Part shown: positions 19,421 through 34,533 of the stretch, in pieces
How the letters are laid out: each line of letters starts with the position of its first letter
Position numbering within the stretch: position 1 is the stretch's first letter
Position numbers and translations under genes: made by a program
Source of the DNA: an uncultured Methanosarcinaceae archaeon
GTDB taxonomy: Archaea; Halobacteriota; Methanosarcinia; Methanosarcinales; Methanosarcinaceae
Assembly (NCBI GenBank): GCA_963727895.1
Contig: CAVSHT010000015.1
Coordinates: 1-62,522, forward strand
Direction of reading: 5' to 3'
Length of the DNA: 62,522 bases
Notes under the pieces: model-generated
Seen by the model: the letters and a program-made list of their open reading frames with translations, nothing else
Told to the model about the DNA's origin: nothing
Databases searched by the model: none

Positions 19421-20575
19421 ATGAAGCAAGACCTTTTAGAAATCCTTGTTGATATCTTCAAATACTCCGGATACAATGTCACACTATCCAGTCAATGTGA
19501 CATGTTTGTAGAAAAAAACGGACATAAGGCTTATGTTAGATATGCATCCCAACCAGATTGTGAGGAATTAAAAGCCTTTTATGAAAATATTGGGGACTGC
19601 ACAGGAATCTATGTAATAACCCAGAAAGGGTCTGAGGAATTAATTGATTATGCAACTGGGCTTGGCATCTATATTTGGGATAGGGATGAACTGGCTCTTC
19701 AAATTGGAAGAGCAATTCTTGTAAGTATGGAACAAGTACCAGAGAATTCATGTTCTAAACAACAGATTCCACCAGCAAATAAAAAAATAGATCCGTGTAG
19801 GCAACCAGCATTAGAAGTACCTATAAAAAGATGGAAATTAAAGGAAGAGATTAAAGAGGGACCTCACTTTAAAGGAGATATATTGCAGTTTAAGAAACAA
19901 AAATCAGAAGTAGAAAAAATATCTATTGAAAACGGATGCTTAACACAGAACTTTCAGGGAAGAAAAAATTTAAGGAATCAAGAGCAGGTTGAAATTCCAG
20001 AGACCGAATCTTACGAAATGCTGAATATAATGTCTGTAGAGCCAAGGATATCTAAGGATCAGGCAATTATCATTGCAAAACCCTATATAAGCAGCCCTAA
20101 AGATGCAATTTTGAAGTTTGTACCTTTTTGGAGATATAAATATAGCGTTGAAGCAGAAAAACGCTTCAGGTCAAAAGTTCTGAGCATTATTGGAAAAGGA
20201 GACGGATTTCTTAATGCTCTGAATAAATCAAAAGAAGAGATGGAAATAAAAGGGTTTGCTGCACCTATAAAGATTCCTGCTGTGCAGTATGAGTTAAAAA
20301 GACCGAACATAGATAAAAATCAGGCAGAAAAGATTCTTTTAAGTTTAATTATAGAAGAAAATACACGTGAGTTACGCTTTAATAACACGGAAGGACAGGC
20401 AGTTATATACGAACACAAGAGCATAAGCCCAAGACCTGAAGAAATACAACTTGATATTGAGCTTGTGTATATTCCTTTTTGGGAAGTAAAGGGAAAGCGT
20501 AATTCTCTGGAAATTAATACTTATAATGCGAAGGTTCTTGAGGAGCCTGTTGATGAAGATGCGGAATTTTTATGA
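19421..20575 (+). CDS. Conserved hypothetical protein; N-terminus resembles a degenerate restriction-endonuclease-like fold
   Basis: Long clean ORF; GYNV...DMFVEK...AxGLGIYIWDR pattern; two PFW motifs. Confidence 0.7.
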   Translation: MKQDLLEILVDIFKYSGYNVTLSSQCDMFVEKNGHKAYVRYASQPDCEELKAFYENIGDCTGIYVITQKGSEELIDYATGLGIYIWDRDELALQIGRAILVSMEQVPENSCSKQQIPPANKKIDPCRQPALEVPIKRWKLKEEIKEGPHFKGDILQFKKQKSEVEKISIENGCLTQNFQGRKNLRNQEQVEIPETESYEMLNIMSVEPRISKDQAIIIAKPYISSPKDAILKFVPFWRYKYSVEAEKRFRSKVLSIIGKGDGFLNALNKSKEEMEIKGFAAPIKIPAVQYELKRPNIDKNQAEKILLSLIIEENTRELRFNNTEGQAVIYEHKSISPRPEEIQLDIELVYIPFWEVKGKRNSLEINTYNAKVLEEPVDEDAEFL

Positions 20576-20866
20576 ATTGGAATATGAAAAAGTATTAGAA
20601 AAAAAATATATAAAATATAAAATATATTAGGATATAATGGCAGAGTAATAGGATTCATTGAAAACGAATCAAAATTCAATCTCCCATATTCCTGGGGAAA
20701 ATCCATTTTCAGGAAAAAAGTGCAATTTTACGATAAACGTTATATTCGCTCGATGCAAGAGTATATAACGTTTAAAAATTATCTGTGGGCTGTAATTGAC
20801 GGCATTTTATTAGAACAAAATATATAAACATTTTATAATTATAGAAATTAAAAAAGAGGTGCGTAA

Positions 20867-21187
20867 ATGATCGAAGTAACAGACAGGGCTGCTGCAGAAT
20901 TGAAAACACTGATTGAACAGGAAGAAAAACCTGAACTTGCTCTCAGAATTTTTGTTGCTGGGGTTGCTTGCAGTGGAGTTCAATATGGATTAGCTTTTGA
21001 TGATGAATTGAAAGAAGACGATGTGACTATGGAAAGTAACGGGATCAAACTCGTTATGGCAAAAGACATTGAAAGAAGCTTCTCTGAAGGCAGCATTGAC
21101 TTTGTTGAAGATGAAAATGGACAGGGATTCCTTATCCGCAACCCTACAGCCGGCGGCGGATGTGGTACCTGTGGCGGATGCCATTAA
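20867..21187 (+). CDS. HesB/IscA-family Fe-S cluster assembly accessory protein
   Basis: IEVTDRAA, GVACSGVQY, C-terminal CGTCGGC. Confidence 0.92.
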   Translation: MIEVTDRAAAELKTLIEQEEKPELALRIFVAGVACSGVQYGLAFDDELKEDDVTMESNGIKLVMAKDIERSFSEGSIDFVEDENGQGFLIRNPTAGGGCGTCGGCH

Positions 21188-21263
21188 ATAAAAGTAAAAT
21201 CGCGCTGAAGTATTAAACCTTAACCTGAAAAATAAAAGAAAAAAATAAAGGAGAAGTAAATCT

Positions 21264-21626
21264 ATGTTCCCAGGAATGGGAGGCGTCGGAGGTCGGGGAA
21301 TGAACCCGGCCAAGATGAAGCAGATGATGAAACAGATGGGAATTGATGTTAAAGAGCTAAAGGATGTTCAGGAAGTAGTTATAAAGACTGCAGACTCTGA
21401 TATCATAATAGAGAATGCAAATGTTACTATCATGAAAGTCCAGGGTTCGGAAACATACCAGATTGTAGGTGACGTTAAAGAAGTCACAAAAGAACTGGAG
21501 ATCTCAACTGAAGATATAAAGCTCGTAATGGAGCAAACCGGTGTTTCTGAAGAAGAGGCCCGGCAAGCCTTAACGAATTCAAACGGAGACCTGGCAGAAG
21601 CCATTGTGGCACTTTCTTCTGCCTGA
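21264..21626 (+). CDS. nac: Nascent polypeptide-associated complex protein
   Basis: MNPAKMKQMMKQMGI NAC domain plus UBA-like C-terminus (GDLAEAI). Confidence 0.95.
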   Translation: MFPGMGGVGGRGMNPAKMKQMMKQMGIDVKELKDVQEVVIKTADSDIIIENANVTIMKVQGSETYQIVGDVKEVTKELEISTEDIKLVMEQTGVSEEEARQALTNSNGDLAEAIVALSSA

Positions 21627-22954
21627 ATCTTTTTTTAATTTTCAACTTTTAGAGATACACTGGAATACTCATGTAGAATACTTCACTTTGAAGTATCAGT
21701 ATTAAATTTTAGTAGTATTAAATTTTAGTTTAAGAAGTAAATTTGAAGAAGTAAATTTGAAGTTTTTTTTCAGTATTGTAACTTAGGCATATGTAAATTT
21801 AGGTTAATAATTCTCTTTTTCGTAAAATCTTGAAATATTGCAGGTAAATAATATTCTGGAAAAAATATCAACTTTTTGATAGATTACTTATTTAAAATTT
21901 CAATTAAATTAAAATTAATTAATAGAAGTTACTCTAAACATTTATTGATTTTGAATGTATACCCTGATTTTGATTTCAATATTGACAAACTCATCGGAGA
22001 TAAGAACAATTGTTTATCCATATGAAAAAGATATTTCTTTAATAAATAATACACTTGGTGTACTATTTAATACTGGCAGGACTGATAGGCTTTTTATTTA
22101 GGAACATCATTTTGAATTTTTTGAAATTTAGTTATAAGAAATTCTTAACTCCAAAGGATACAGAGGCACTTGTAGAATACAACAAGTATTTTACAGAAAA
22201 GGAACTGGAAAAACTTGATACTCCTTATGTTCAACGAATAGAAAATAATATTGAAGGTAATGTGATCAAAGAATCAACCGATTTTTTAAAGAGTTCAGAG
22301 CAAGTCCTTATAATATCAGGGGAAAGCGGAATAGGAAAAACCTTGCAATTGAAATATCCAAAAGAATTAATGAATAAGGGAAACTTGCAGGGAACTGCAA
22401 ATTCAAAGAGAAGTGCCTATTTGTAAATTTAAGACACTATAAAAATCAAAAAGATATTGAAGACAAGTTAAATGCCGAACTTTCTGAAAAAACGGCACTC
22501 ATTTTTGATGATTATCAGTATAATATGGGTTTATTCAACGAAATAAGAAATACTGCATTCAAAAAAAATTCAAAACTCATTATTACTACCAGACCGATAT
22601 TTGTTGAAGCTTTGAAGGAAAGAATAGGAGCAGCTTCAATAAGAGAAATCAAATTGGGAAGAATGGATATAACCGGAATACTGCAAGATATAGAAGATGA
22701 AGATTTAAAAGAGAAAATTGAAAGAATATAAGAAGGAAACCCTGCAATAGCTATTCTGGTTCTTGATTACTTAAGAGAATACCCTGATAGAAATGCAAAA
22801 GAGATTTTTCAAGATATCATAACAAGTGAAGAATTCTTTGACAAAATCATAAGAGATTTCCAGAAAGAATACGGGGAAGATTTTATAGAATTCCTCGCAG
22901 GAGGAGAACTTACTGGTGGAGTCATAGACATTCCACAAAAGTATGAAAAAATAA

Positions 22955-23694
22955 GGCATTGTTACTTAACTATATCTAGTTCTTTATTTCTTTATTTCAT
23001 CAATAGAATAACCGAGTACTTTAGCATTTCAAGACTTTTTGTATAACACTTTGTCTTTCTTCTCAATCTTGCTAAAAAATGCCTCAATATGCTGTTATAT
23101 CCCTCAACTGTAAATGTTTCTGCTTTTGATTGAGTATGAATCTTTTCTGGAAGAAACTCTGCATATGCTCTCCAGTGATCTGTCATCACTTCTCCAATGT
23201 CTTTTTTCTTCACTTTTTCCCAGAGTAGTTTTCCAGTTTCCGTTCCTCTGCTACCAAAAGAGCAGTTGATGAACTTTTTCCCAACTCTATCAACAGCAAT
23301 CTAGATCCAGCAATATTTTTGTTATTACCGATGTAAGTGTGCATTTCATCCAGTTCAACAATAGATATCTCATTTTCGCTTTTTAGGTCCTCTAACTCCT
23401 GACCAAATTTCTTTATCCATCTTTGGACAGAAACATGACTTACCCCTAAAACTCTTCCTATTGAACGAAAGCCCAATCCTTCAAGATAGAGTTGTAAAGC
23501 CTGTCTTTTTACAGAAGCGGAAAAAGCAGTTGATTTTAGCTCTACTGTATAGTTATATCCACAATCAGAGCATTTGTACCGTTGACGCCCGCCAACTATA
23601 CCATTATTTTTGTGACTGGAACTATTGCATCTGGGGCAGTTAATGAAGAAATATACTTTCTAATAGTATATAACAATGTTTAATTACCAATGCC
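22955..23694 (-). mobile_element. IS1-family element, copy 1 (740 bp)
   Basis: Terminal inverted repeats GGCATTG..., 8-bp TSD AAAAATAA; InsA zinc finger/HTH and InsB DDE fragments. Confidence 0.93.
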
Positions 23695-24510
23695 AAAAAT
23701 AATTATCGAAATGGAGAAAAGCGGTCATATTTCCACGCAAGAATCAAAATATCACCTTACTCCCGACATCTTATCTGAATATCTCATTAACCGCGAGTTC
23801 TTGACCGGAACAATCCTGAAGCACAGCTTTGAAGAACTTGCCAAAGCAGAAAATGGTGCTTACATTCCAGAAATACTCAACTCTATAATAAAAATCAATG
23901 ATAACAGGGAAATATACCAGAAAGCCGTAGAAAAACTGATGGAAATCGTTGACAATCTCGAACCCGATATCGAACAAAAGAAAAAAAGGATAAAAACAGG
24001 AACAATGGTTTATGACGGATTTGGTAACTTAAACCTTGTTACAGAAAGACTTGGAGAATTCTGGACGAATTATGAAATTCTGGATGACGGAAACGATCTT
24101 CTGGATATGGGCATATTCCTTATAGAGATATCAAAACCATGTGAAGCCAGAAAATGCCTAGAAAAAGCTAAAGAGATATTCACAAGAAAGCATGAAAATG
24201 TCGGAATTTCTTCTACAAGTGTTAATCTGGGAATCATTCATCAGGATCAGGGCAACTACGAAGAAGCAGTCAAAAAGTATAACCAGTCAATGAAAATTGA
24301 AGAAGAGCTGGGAGACAAAAGCGGAATTGCAAGAACACTGCACCAGATTGAAAGAATAGATGAAGAAGAGGGAGAATGTGACAGTGCTCTCAGGAATTAT
24401 TTAATTTCTTTGTCAATCTTCGAAAAGTTGAATTCACCAGACAAAGAGATTGTCGCAAGATCCATTTAAAGATTAAAAGAAAAAATGGGAGACGAAAAAT
24501 TTAAAGAAAC

Positions 24511-25250
24511 GGCTTTGCTAATTAACTATAGTTATTTATTATGAGAACCTCTATTTCTTCATTAACTGCCCCAGATGCAATAGTTCCAGTCACAAAAAGA
24601 ACGGTATAGTTGGTGGGCGTCAACGCTACAAATGCCATGATTGTGGATATAACTATACAGTAGAGCTAAAATCAACTGCTTTTTCCGCCTCTGTTAAAAA
24701 ACAGGCTTTACAACTCTATCTTGAAGGATTGGGCTTTCGTTCAATAGGAAGAGTTTTAGGGGTAAGTCATGTTTCTGTCCAAAGATGGATAAAGAAATTT
24801 GGTCAGGAGTTAGAGGACCTAAAAAGCGAAAATGAGATATCTATTGTTGAACTGGATGAAATGCACACTTACATCGGTAATAACAAAAATATTGCTGGAT
24901 CTAGATTGCTGTTGATAGAGTTGGGAAAAAGTTCATCAACTGCTCTTTTGGTAGCAGAGGAACGGAAACTGGAAAACTACTCTGGGAAAAAGTGAAGAAA
25001 AAAGACATTGGAGAAGTGATGACAGATCACTGGAGAGCATATGCAGAGTTTCTTCCAGAAAAGATTCATACTCAATCAAAAGCAGAAACATTTACAGTTG
25101 AGGGATATAACAGCATATTGAGGCATTTTCTAGCAAGATTGAGAAGAAAGACAAAGTGTTATACAAAAAGTCTTGAAATGCTAAAGTACTCGGTTATTCT
25201 ATTGATGAAATAAAGAAATAAAGAACTAGATATATTTAAGTAACAATGCC
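24511..25250 (+). mobile_element. IS1-family element, copy 2 (740 bp)
   Basis: Terminal inverted repeats GGCTTTGCTAATTAA / TTAAGTAACAATGCC; 8-bp TSD AAAGAAAC. Confidence 0.93.
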
Positions 25251-25496
25251 AAAGAAACATATCAAGAACTTGAGATTGGTGAGAAAATATTTTGAACTTC
25301 ATCTAAGTTCAAAACTAATTTTTATTTTGTGAGTTAAGACTTCTTTGAGAATTCAAGTAAGTAAAGAAATAAGAAAAGAATGAAAATATTGAAAATTAAG
25401 AGTAAATTACAAAGAAGCAAAACAACAGTAAATGAGCAGAAAACGATATTGAAAAGAAGTAAAAACGAGATAGAGAAATAATAGAGTAATATAGTG

Positions 25497-25622
25497 AGAA
25501 TGGCAGCGATCCAGAGTTCCCGAAGACTCGCGTACTTCAGTACAGTAAGGAACGTGGGCAGGCTTATCTACTGTGTTCGGGATGGGTACAGGAGTGACAC
25601 TGCCGCTATGGCCGCCAGACTC
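25497..25622 (-). rRNA. rrf: 5S rRNA
   Basis: GGCGGCCATAGCGGC...CCCATCCCGAACAC on the minus strand; ends approximate. Confidence 0.93.
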
Positions 25623-25708
25623 AATATATGAAGGGGATTGCGGAATTGATGAGGAAATGAAGTCATGTATAGATGTGCTGCATAATGGATTTCGCCTGGA
25701 CTTGATTA

Positions 25709-28600
<2,892 letters not shown>

Positions 28601-28825
28601 ATTCCTGTGTATCCTAACCAGGTCCAGTAAGCGTCCAATATACAGCACTTATACATGACTTCATGTACCTGAGTGTCAACACAGGCAATCAGCCCTTCCC
28701 CGAAAATTTACTTTCCGGGTGCATTTGATGAGTATGATGAATTGATCATTTGTGATGATCAATTGTTTAATGGGTTGAGGATTTTGTATCGGTTTATCGG
28801 CATCTGGGCAGTCGGTTTTTTTGCT

Positions 28826-30301
<1,476 letters not shown>

Positions 30302-30540
30302 TGTTAATGTATCGCACACTTCAAATTAAAGGTCTTGGTCGCAGAAACTTGCACTAACAACTATCAATTCAGTTATTATTCGTTTCGCGATGATTGTTGT
30401 ATGAAAAAACTCTCACCGCCCAGAATTAACCGAACCGACAAAAATCCTCGTCAGACAAGAAAAAACTCTTGTCTCCATTAAAAGATGAAAGAAATTTGTA
30501 ATTGCTGCATTAATGATGCAGGAAATTATAGTTATGTGTT

Positions 30541-30562
30541 CATAGTATTTAAGGATATTGGA
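30541..30562 (-). promoter_or_regulatory. Putative rRNA operon TATA box
   Basis: CCTTAAATA on the minus strand about 250 bp upstream of 16S, before the processing-stem leader. Confidence 0.5.
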
Positions 30563-31031
30563 TATAAGTGAGAAAAGGAAGAAACCTTAACTCAAAGACT
30601 ATGAGAAAAACCGCTCAGCACAAAAAACTCATGCTGACACGAGAATACACATACATCAGTTTTAATATATAAAGCTTATTCTTCAGGAAAATTCTAAAAA
30701 AACAAATTAAACATAGATGAAAATCTGTTTTGTAAAATCCCCGAGTTTCACCCTTGAATCTTAAATTCAAGAGCGCTCCACACTTGCTGCGTGTGTGAGA
30801 CATACAAAGGAACATATGATATAAATATCTGTTGCTTGCCCAGGCACTTAAAAAAATAAGGATAAGAGAAAAATAAAATAAAGCAAAAAAGCATAGCATT
30901 AAAATAATAGCAGAAAGTTGAAAGCTGCAGAACAAATAACCTTAAAAATCGAAAAAACGATATATAAGGGATTAAAGGATAAAAGATAAAAGGGAAATAA
31001 TAAAATAAGCTAGATATAAAGAGGTATCAAA

Positions 31032-31361
31032 CTGGTAGACTTAAAGAAACCAACATCTAAAGCCAAACCCCAGACAGAAGAAACCTTTACAAGAGTGCGC
31101 ACTCCACGCAGAGAAAATAACGAGATTCTAGCAACTGTTGAGAGTTTGCTGGGCGCAAATCGACTGAGGCTCCGTTGCATGGATGGGGTAGTTCGTATGG
31201 GAAGGATTCCAGGTTCAATGAAGAAAAAAACCTGGATTAGAGAAGGAGATGTCGTTATTGTTGTGCCCTGGGAATTCCAGAATGAAAAGGCAGATGTGAT
31301 CTGGAAATACACAAGGCCACAGGTAGACTGGCTTGAGAGAAAAGGATACCTGAAAGGATAA
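31032..31361 (+). CDS. eif1a: Translation initiation factor aIF-1A
   Basis: [30 protein letters not shown]; in-frame CTG at 31032 after GAGGT RBS. Confidence 0.93.
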   Translation: MVDLKKPTSKAKPQTEETFTRVRTPRRENNEILATVESLLGANRLRLRCMDGVVRMGRIPGSMKKKTWIREGDVVIVVPWEFQNEKADVIWKYTRPQVDWLERKGYLKG

Positions 31362-31362
31362 C

Positions 31363-32145
31363 ATGGGAATGGACCAAGACGAAAAAATACGGCGTATTGA
31401 TAGCGCCAAAGATAAAGCTCGGGCAAGAGATAAAGACTCCGAGCGATTAAAGGTAGAAGAAAACGTATTCGATATACCTACTCTTAAGATTCTTTATACC
31501 TTATCTAATAAGGGCATAATAAAGGCAATGGGTGGATCGATCAGTACTGGAAAAGAAGCAAATGTATTCTATGCTGAAGGCTCGGAAAAAGAGCTGGCTA
31601 TAAAGATATATAGAATTGCCAGCAGCACCTTTAGAGCTATGGATGCTTACATTATGAAGGACCCTCGCTTCACAAACATTAGAAATAATAAAAGAGACAT
31701 TATTTTTGCATGGACGCGCAAGGAACTTCAGAACCTGAAACGTGCTAAAAGTGCAGGCGTTCGGGTTCCTGAGCCCATGCTTGCCGAAAAGAACATTCTT
31801 ATCATGGAATTTATGGGAGAAAAACAGGTACCTTATCCGCTCCTTAAAAACATGCATCTTGAAAATGAAGAGGCAAAAAATATTTATGAGACAGTTACTG
31901 AATACATGCGTCTCCTCTATAAAAAAGCAAATCTTGTACATGCTGATCTGAGCGAATATAATATCCTGATCGACCCAAATGACCTTACTCCCATATTCAT
32001 TGATATGGGGCAATCTGTGACTTTGGAGCATCCCAACGCCCGGGAGTTCCTCTACAGGGACGTGCAAAATATACTCAGGTTCTTTAGCCGCTATGGGATA
32101 AAGGACAAACCGGAAGAACTATTAAAAAAAATACAGGTGGAATAA
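31363..32145 (+). CDS. rio1: RIO1-family Ser/Thr kinase
   Basis: STGKEANV, VHADLSEYNIL, IDMGQ. Confidence 0.95.
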   Translation: MGMDQDEKIRRIDSAKDKARARDKDSERLKVEENVFDIPTLKILYTLSNKGIIKAMGGSISTGKEANVFYAEGSEKELAIKIYRIASSTFRAMDAYIMKDPRFTNIRNNKRDIIFAWTRKELQNLKRAKSAGVRVPEPMLAEKNILIMEFMGEKQVPYPLLKNMHLENEEAKNIYETVTEYMRLLYKKANLVHADLSEYNILIDPNDLTPIFIDMGQSVTLEHPNAREFLYRDVQNILRFFSRYGIKDKPEELLKKIQVE

Positions 32146-32146
32146 C

Positions 32147-32695
32147 ATGACCCAGTATGTCAAAATCCCTAAAGAAAGAATCGGAGTAATTATAGGTCCG
32201 AAAGGAGAAACAAAAAAGCTTATTGAAGACAAAACTACGTGCCAGCTGGAAATTGACAGCGATAGTGGAAAAATAGATATCACCTGTGAGGAAGACCCAT
32301 TAAAAGAGTTCAGAGTACTCGAAACCCTCAAAGCAATAGGAAGAGGATTCAATCCTGAAAAAGCTCTCAAACTTCTGGACGATGATATGCTCATGCTTGA
32401 AATTATCGACCTTTCAGACATTGCTAATACTCCAAAAGAGCTGCAACGGATAAAGGGTCGAATAATAGGAAGAAATGGAAGAACCAGAGAGCTTGCAGAA
32501 ACTCTGATAAACGTTAATATTTCAATATATGGAAAAACTGTATCCATACTTGGATATTCAGAGCAAAATACTATAATCCGAACAGCCATAAGAATGCTTC
32601 TTGATGGGGCTACCCATGGTGCAGTCTATAAATTCTTGGAAAAAAAACATCAAGAGCTTTTGCAATCTCAAATGGACTCAGTTGACTTTTATTAA
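32147..32695 (+). CDS. KH-domain rRNA-processing protein (Dim2/Pno1)
   Basis: IGVIIGPKG and KGRIIGRNG KH motifs; conserved eIF1A-RIO1-KH gene order. Confidence 0.93.
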   Translation: MTQYVKIPKERIGVIIGPKGETKKLIEDKTTCQLEIDSDSGKIDITCEEDPLKEFRVLETLKAIGRGFNPEKALKLLDDDMLMLEIIDLSDIANTPKELQRIKGRIIGRNGRTRELAETLINVNISIYGKTVSILGYSEQNTIIRTAIRMLLDGATHGAVYKFLEKKHQELLQSQMDSVDFY

Positions 32696-32832
32696 GAAAA
32701 CCAAATCATTAAGAAAAAAGCAAGTTTCCATGGCCTTAGAATCTGATACAATCTCAAGGCACATGATATTATTTCGGAGACTAGCTTTTATTCTCCTTTT
32801 TTGCTAAACCATTCAGCTAAACTTTCTCAAAA

Positions 32833-34245
32833 TCATGTTTTTAAGTCGTGAACCTCATCAATATCTTCAAGTTCGTCTTCCTCTTTGGATTTTTTTCCAT
32901 TTCCTTCGATGAAATTTCCTCGTCCTGGTTTTGCGTTAATTGACTCTTCAATCCAGATCACTTCACCCCTGGAAAGAGTATACTTAGGAAAAATGCCATC
33001 CATGCCTTCAAAAGGAGTCCATCCTGCTTTACTATGCAGAAGTTCAGCCTTTATTGGACGAAGCTCGCGAGGATCTGCAATAATTAGATCTGCATCAAAC
33101 CCTACCTCAAGCCTGCCTTTAGACTGGCGGTCCAATCCAAAGGCTTTTGCAGGGTTCCAGCTTGTAAGCATAATCATTCGTGAAAGCGGCAAAATGTTTT
33201 TTCTTACTGCAGCAAGCATAAGAGGCATAAGTGTCTCGACCCCCGGTACTCCAGAAGGAGCAACTCTGATACTTACATCTTTTTCGGATTCCAGATGTGG
33301 GGCATGATCTGAAGCCACCATGTCAATAGTGCCATCATTAATTCCATTAATGAGAGCTTTAATACTCTGACCTCCACGGAGAGGAGGATTCATTTTTCCA
33401 AAAGATCTGAGTTTTTCCCAATCTCGTGTAGAAAGAAAAAGGTGATGAGGAGTGACTTCACAGGTAAAAAAAGGTTCCTTATTTTCCCTTTTTGCAAGAT
33501 ATTTTTCCTTTCTTATGATACCTGTAGCTTCAAGCGTACTAATATGGCAAAGATGAGCCCTAACTTTCATTTTGGAAACAAGTTCCAGGGCTTTTAGAAC
33601 AGCAGATGCCTCACAAGCATTGGGACGTACTCTTGAATGAGACTCATAGGAAATATCTTCTTTTAACAGTTTTTCTAGCTCAAGACGCATTTTCTCGTCT
33701 TCGGCATGAATGGTAGCAATTGCACCAAGACGTTTGATTTCAGCCAATGCTTCTTCAAAGGATTCCTCATTGATATTCAGCCCACCTGTGGACTCTGCCA
33801 TGAAGATCTCTCCAAAAGCAGTAACACCAAGATTCCAGAGTTCTTCTAATTTCTCGAGATTTCCTGTTACCCCACCATTAATTCCAAAATCAACAATAGA
33901 TTTCCCCCTGGCGAGTTTAAGTTTTTGTTCGAAAGTCCGCCTGTCTGTAGTAGGAGGCACTGTATTAGGCTGGTCGATTACAGTAGTAATTCCTCCGGCA
34001 GCTGCCGCACACGAGCCCGTATACCAGTTTTCCTTTGAGGTCATACCGGGTTCTCTGAAATGAACATGTACATCGATTCCAGCAGGCAGGGTAAGAGCTC
34101 CTTCTGCATCAATTATCATATCCGAGCTTGAGACTCTGAGATCTTTGCCTATCTTAGTAACTTTACTATTATCAATAATGATCTCCGCAGGCTGAAGCGA
34201 ATTATTATAATAAATCCGTGTATTTTTGATCAAAATATCAGGCAT
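32833..34245 (-). CDS. pyrC: Dihydroorotase
   Basis: DVHVHFREPG, CEVTPHHL, KMNPPLR, SDHAPH. Confidence 0.92.
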   Translation of the reverse strand: MPDILIKNTRIYYNNSLQPAEIIIDNSKVTKIGKDLRVSSSDMIIDAEGALTLPAGIDVHVHFREPGMTSKENWYTGSCAAAAGGITTVIDQPNTVPPTTDRRTFEQKLKLARGKSIVDFGINGGVTGNLEKLEELWNLGVTAFGEIFMAESTGGLNINEESFEEALAEIKRLGAIATIHAEDEKMRLELEKLLKEDISYESHSRVRPNACEASAVLKALELVSKMKVRAHLCHISTLEATGIIRKEKYLAKRENKEPFFTCEVTPHHLFLSTRDWEKLRSFGKMNPPLRGGQSIKALINGINDGTIDMVASDHAPHLESEKDVSIRVAPSGVPGVETLMPLMLAAVRKNILPLSRMIMLTSWNPAKAFGLDRQSKGRLEVGFDADLIIADPRELRPIKAELLHSKAGWTPFEGMDGIFPKYTLSRGEVIWIEESINAKPGRGNFIEGNGKKSKEEDELEDIDEVHDLKT

Positions 34246-34533
34246 GGGCGTCTATATGCTTATAAATGTACTTAAAACATGTACATAAAAGAGAATAGGA
34301 AATAGACAGAAGAAAAAGTCAAAAACTATCTTAAAAATCAACAAAGTAAAAATCCTTTAAGGAAATATGAAAAAATGACTAAAAACATGAATTAAAAATA
34401 AATAGGCACCTGTGAGAGACAAATAGACGTTTATGAGAAATAAATAGACATAGAAAGAAAAAAATGAAGATTCAAACTCGATAAAATGAGAAAAATGAAA
34501 ATCTGAATGAGAAGAGAAAAACTAAAATTCCTT

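Larger units (their letters stand above)
21955..25295 (+). pseudogene. TM + P-loop NTPase (STAND-like) + TPR protein, disrupted by frameshifts, stops and two IS1 insertions
   Basis: Walker A GESGIGKT, Walker B LIFDDY, TPR NLGIIHQDQGNYEEA; frame is continuous across both IS1 target duplications. Confidence 0.75.

Noticed and set aside
23690..24469. Stand-alone 259-aa TPR gene
   Set aside because: Its ATG comes from the IS1 inverted repeat; it is the 3' part of the interrupted NTPase-TPR gene
22955..25250. Composite transposon formed by two IS1 copies
   Set aside because: Each copy has its own distinct TSD and the enclosed DNA is continuous with the flanking gene, so these are independent insertions
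30615..30935. Hydrophobic ORFs in AT-rich intergenic DNA (also 48406-48630, 13680-13871, 11846-12043)
   Set aside because: Low-complexity translations of A/T tracts, with no RBS or recognisable motifs
32715..32810. Hairpin between the convergent KH and pyrC genes
   Set aside because: Imperfect stem that may be a terminator; not enough evidence for an ncRNA
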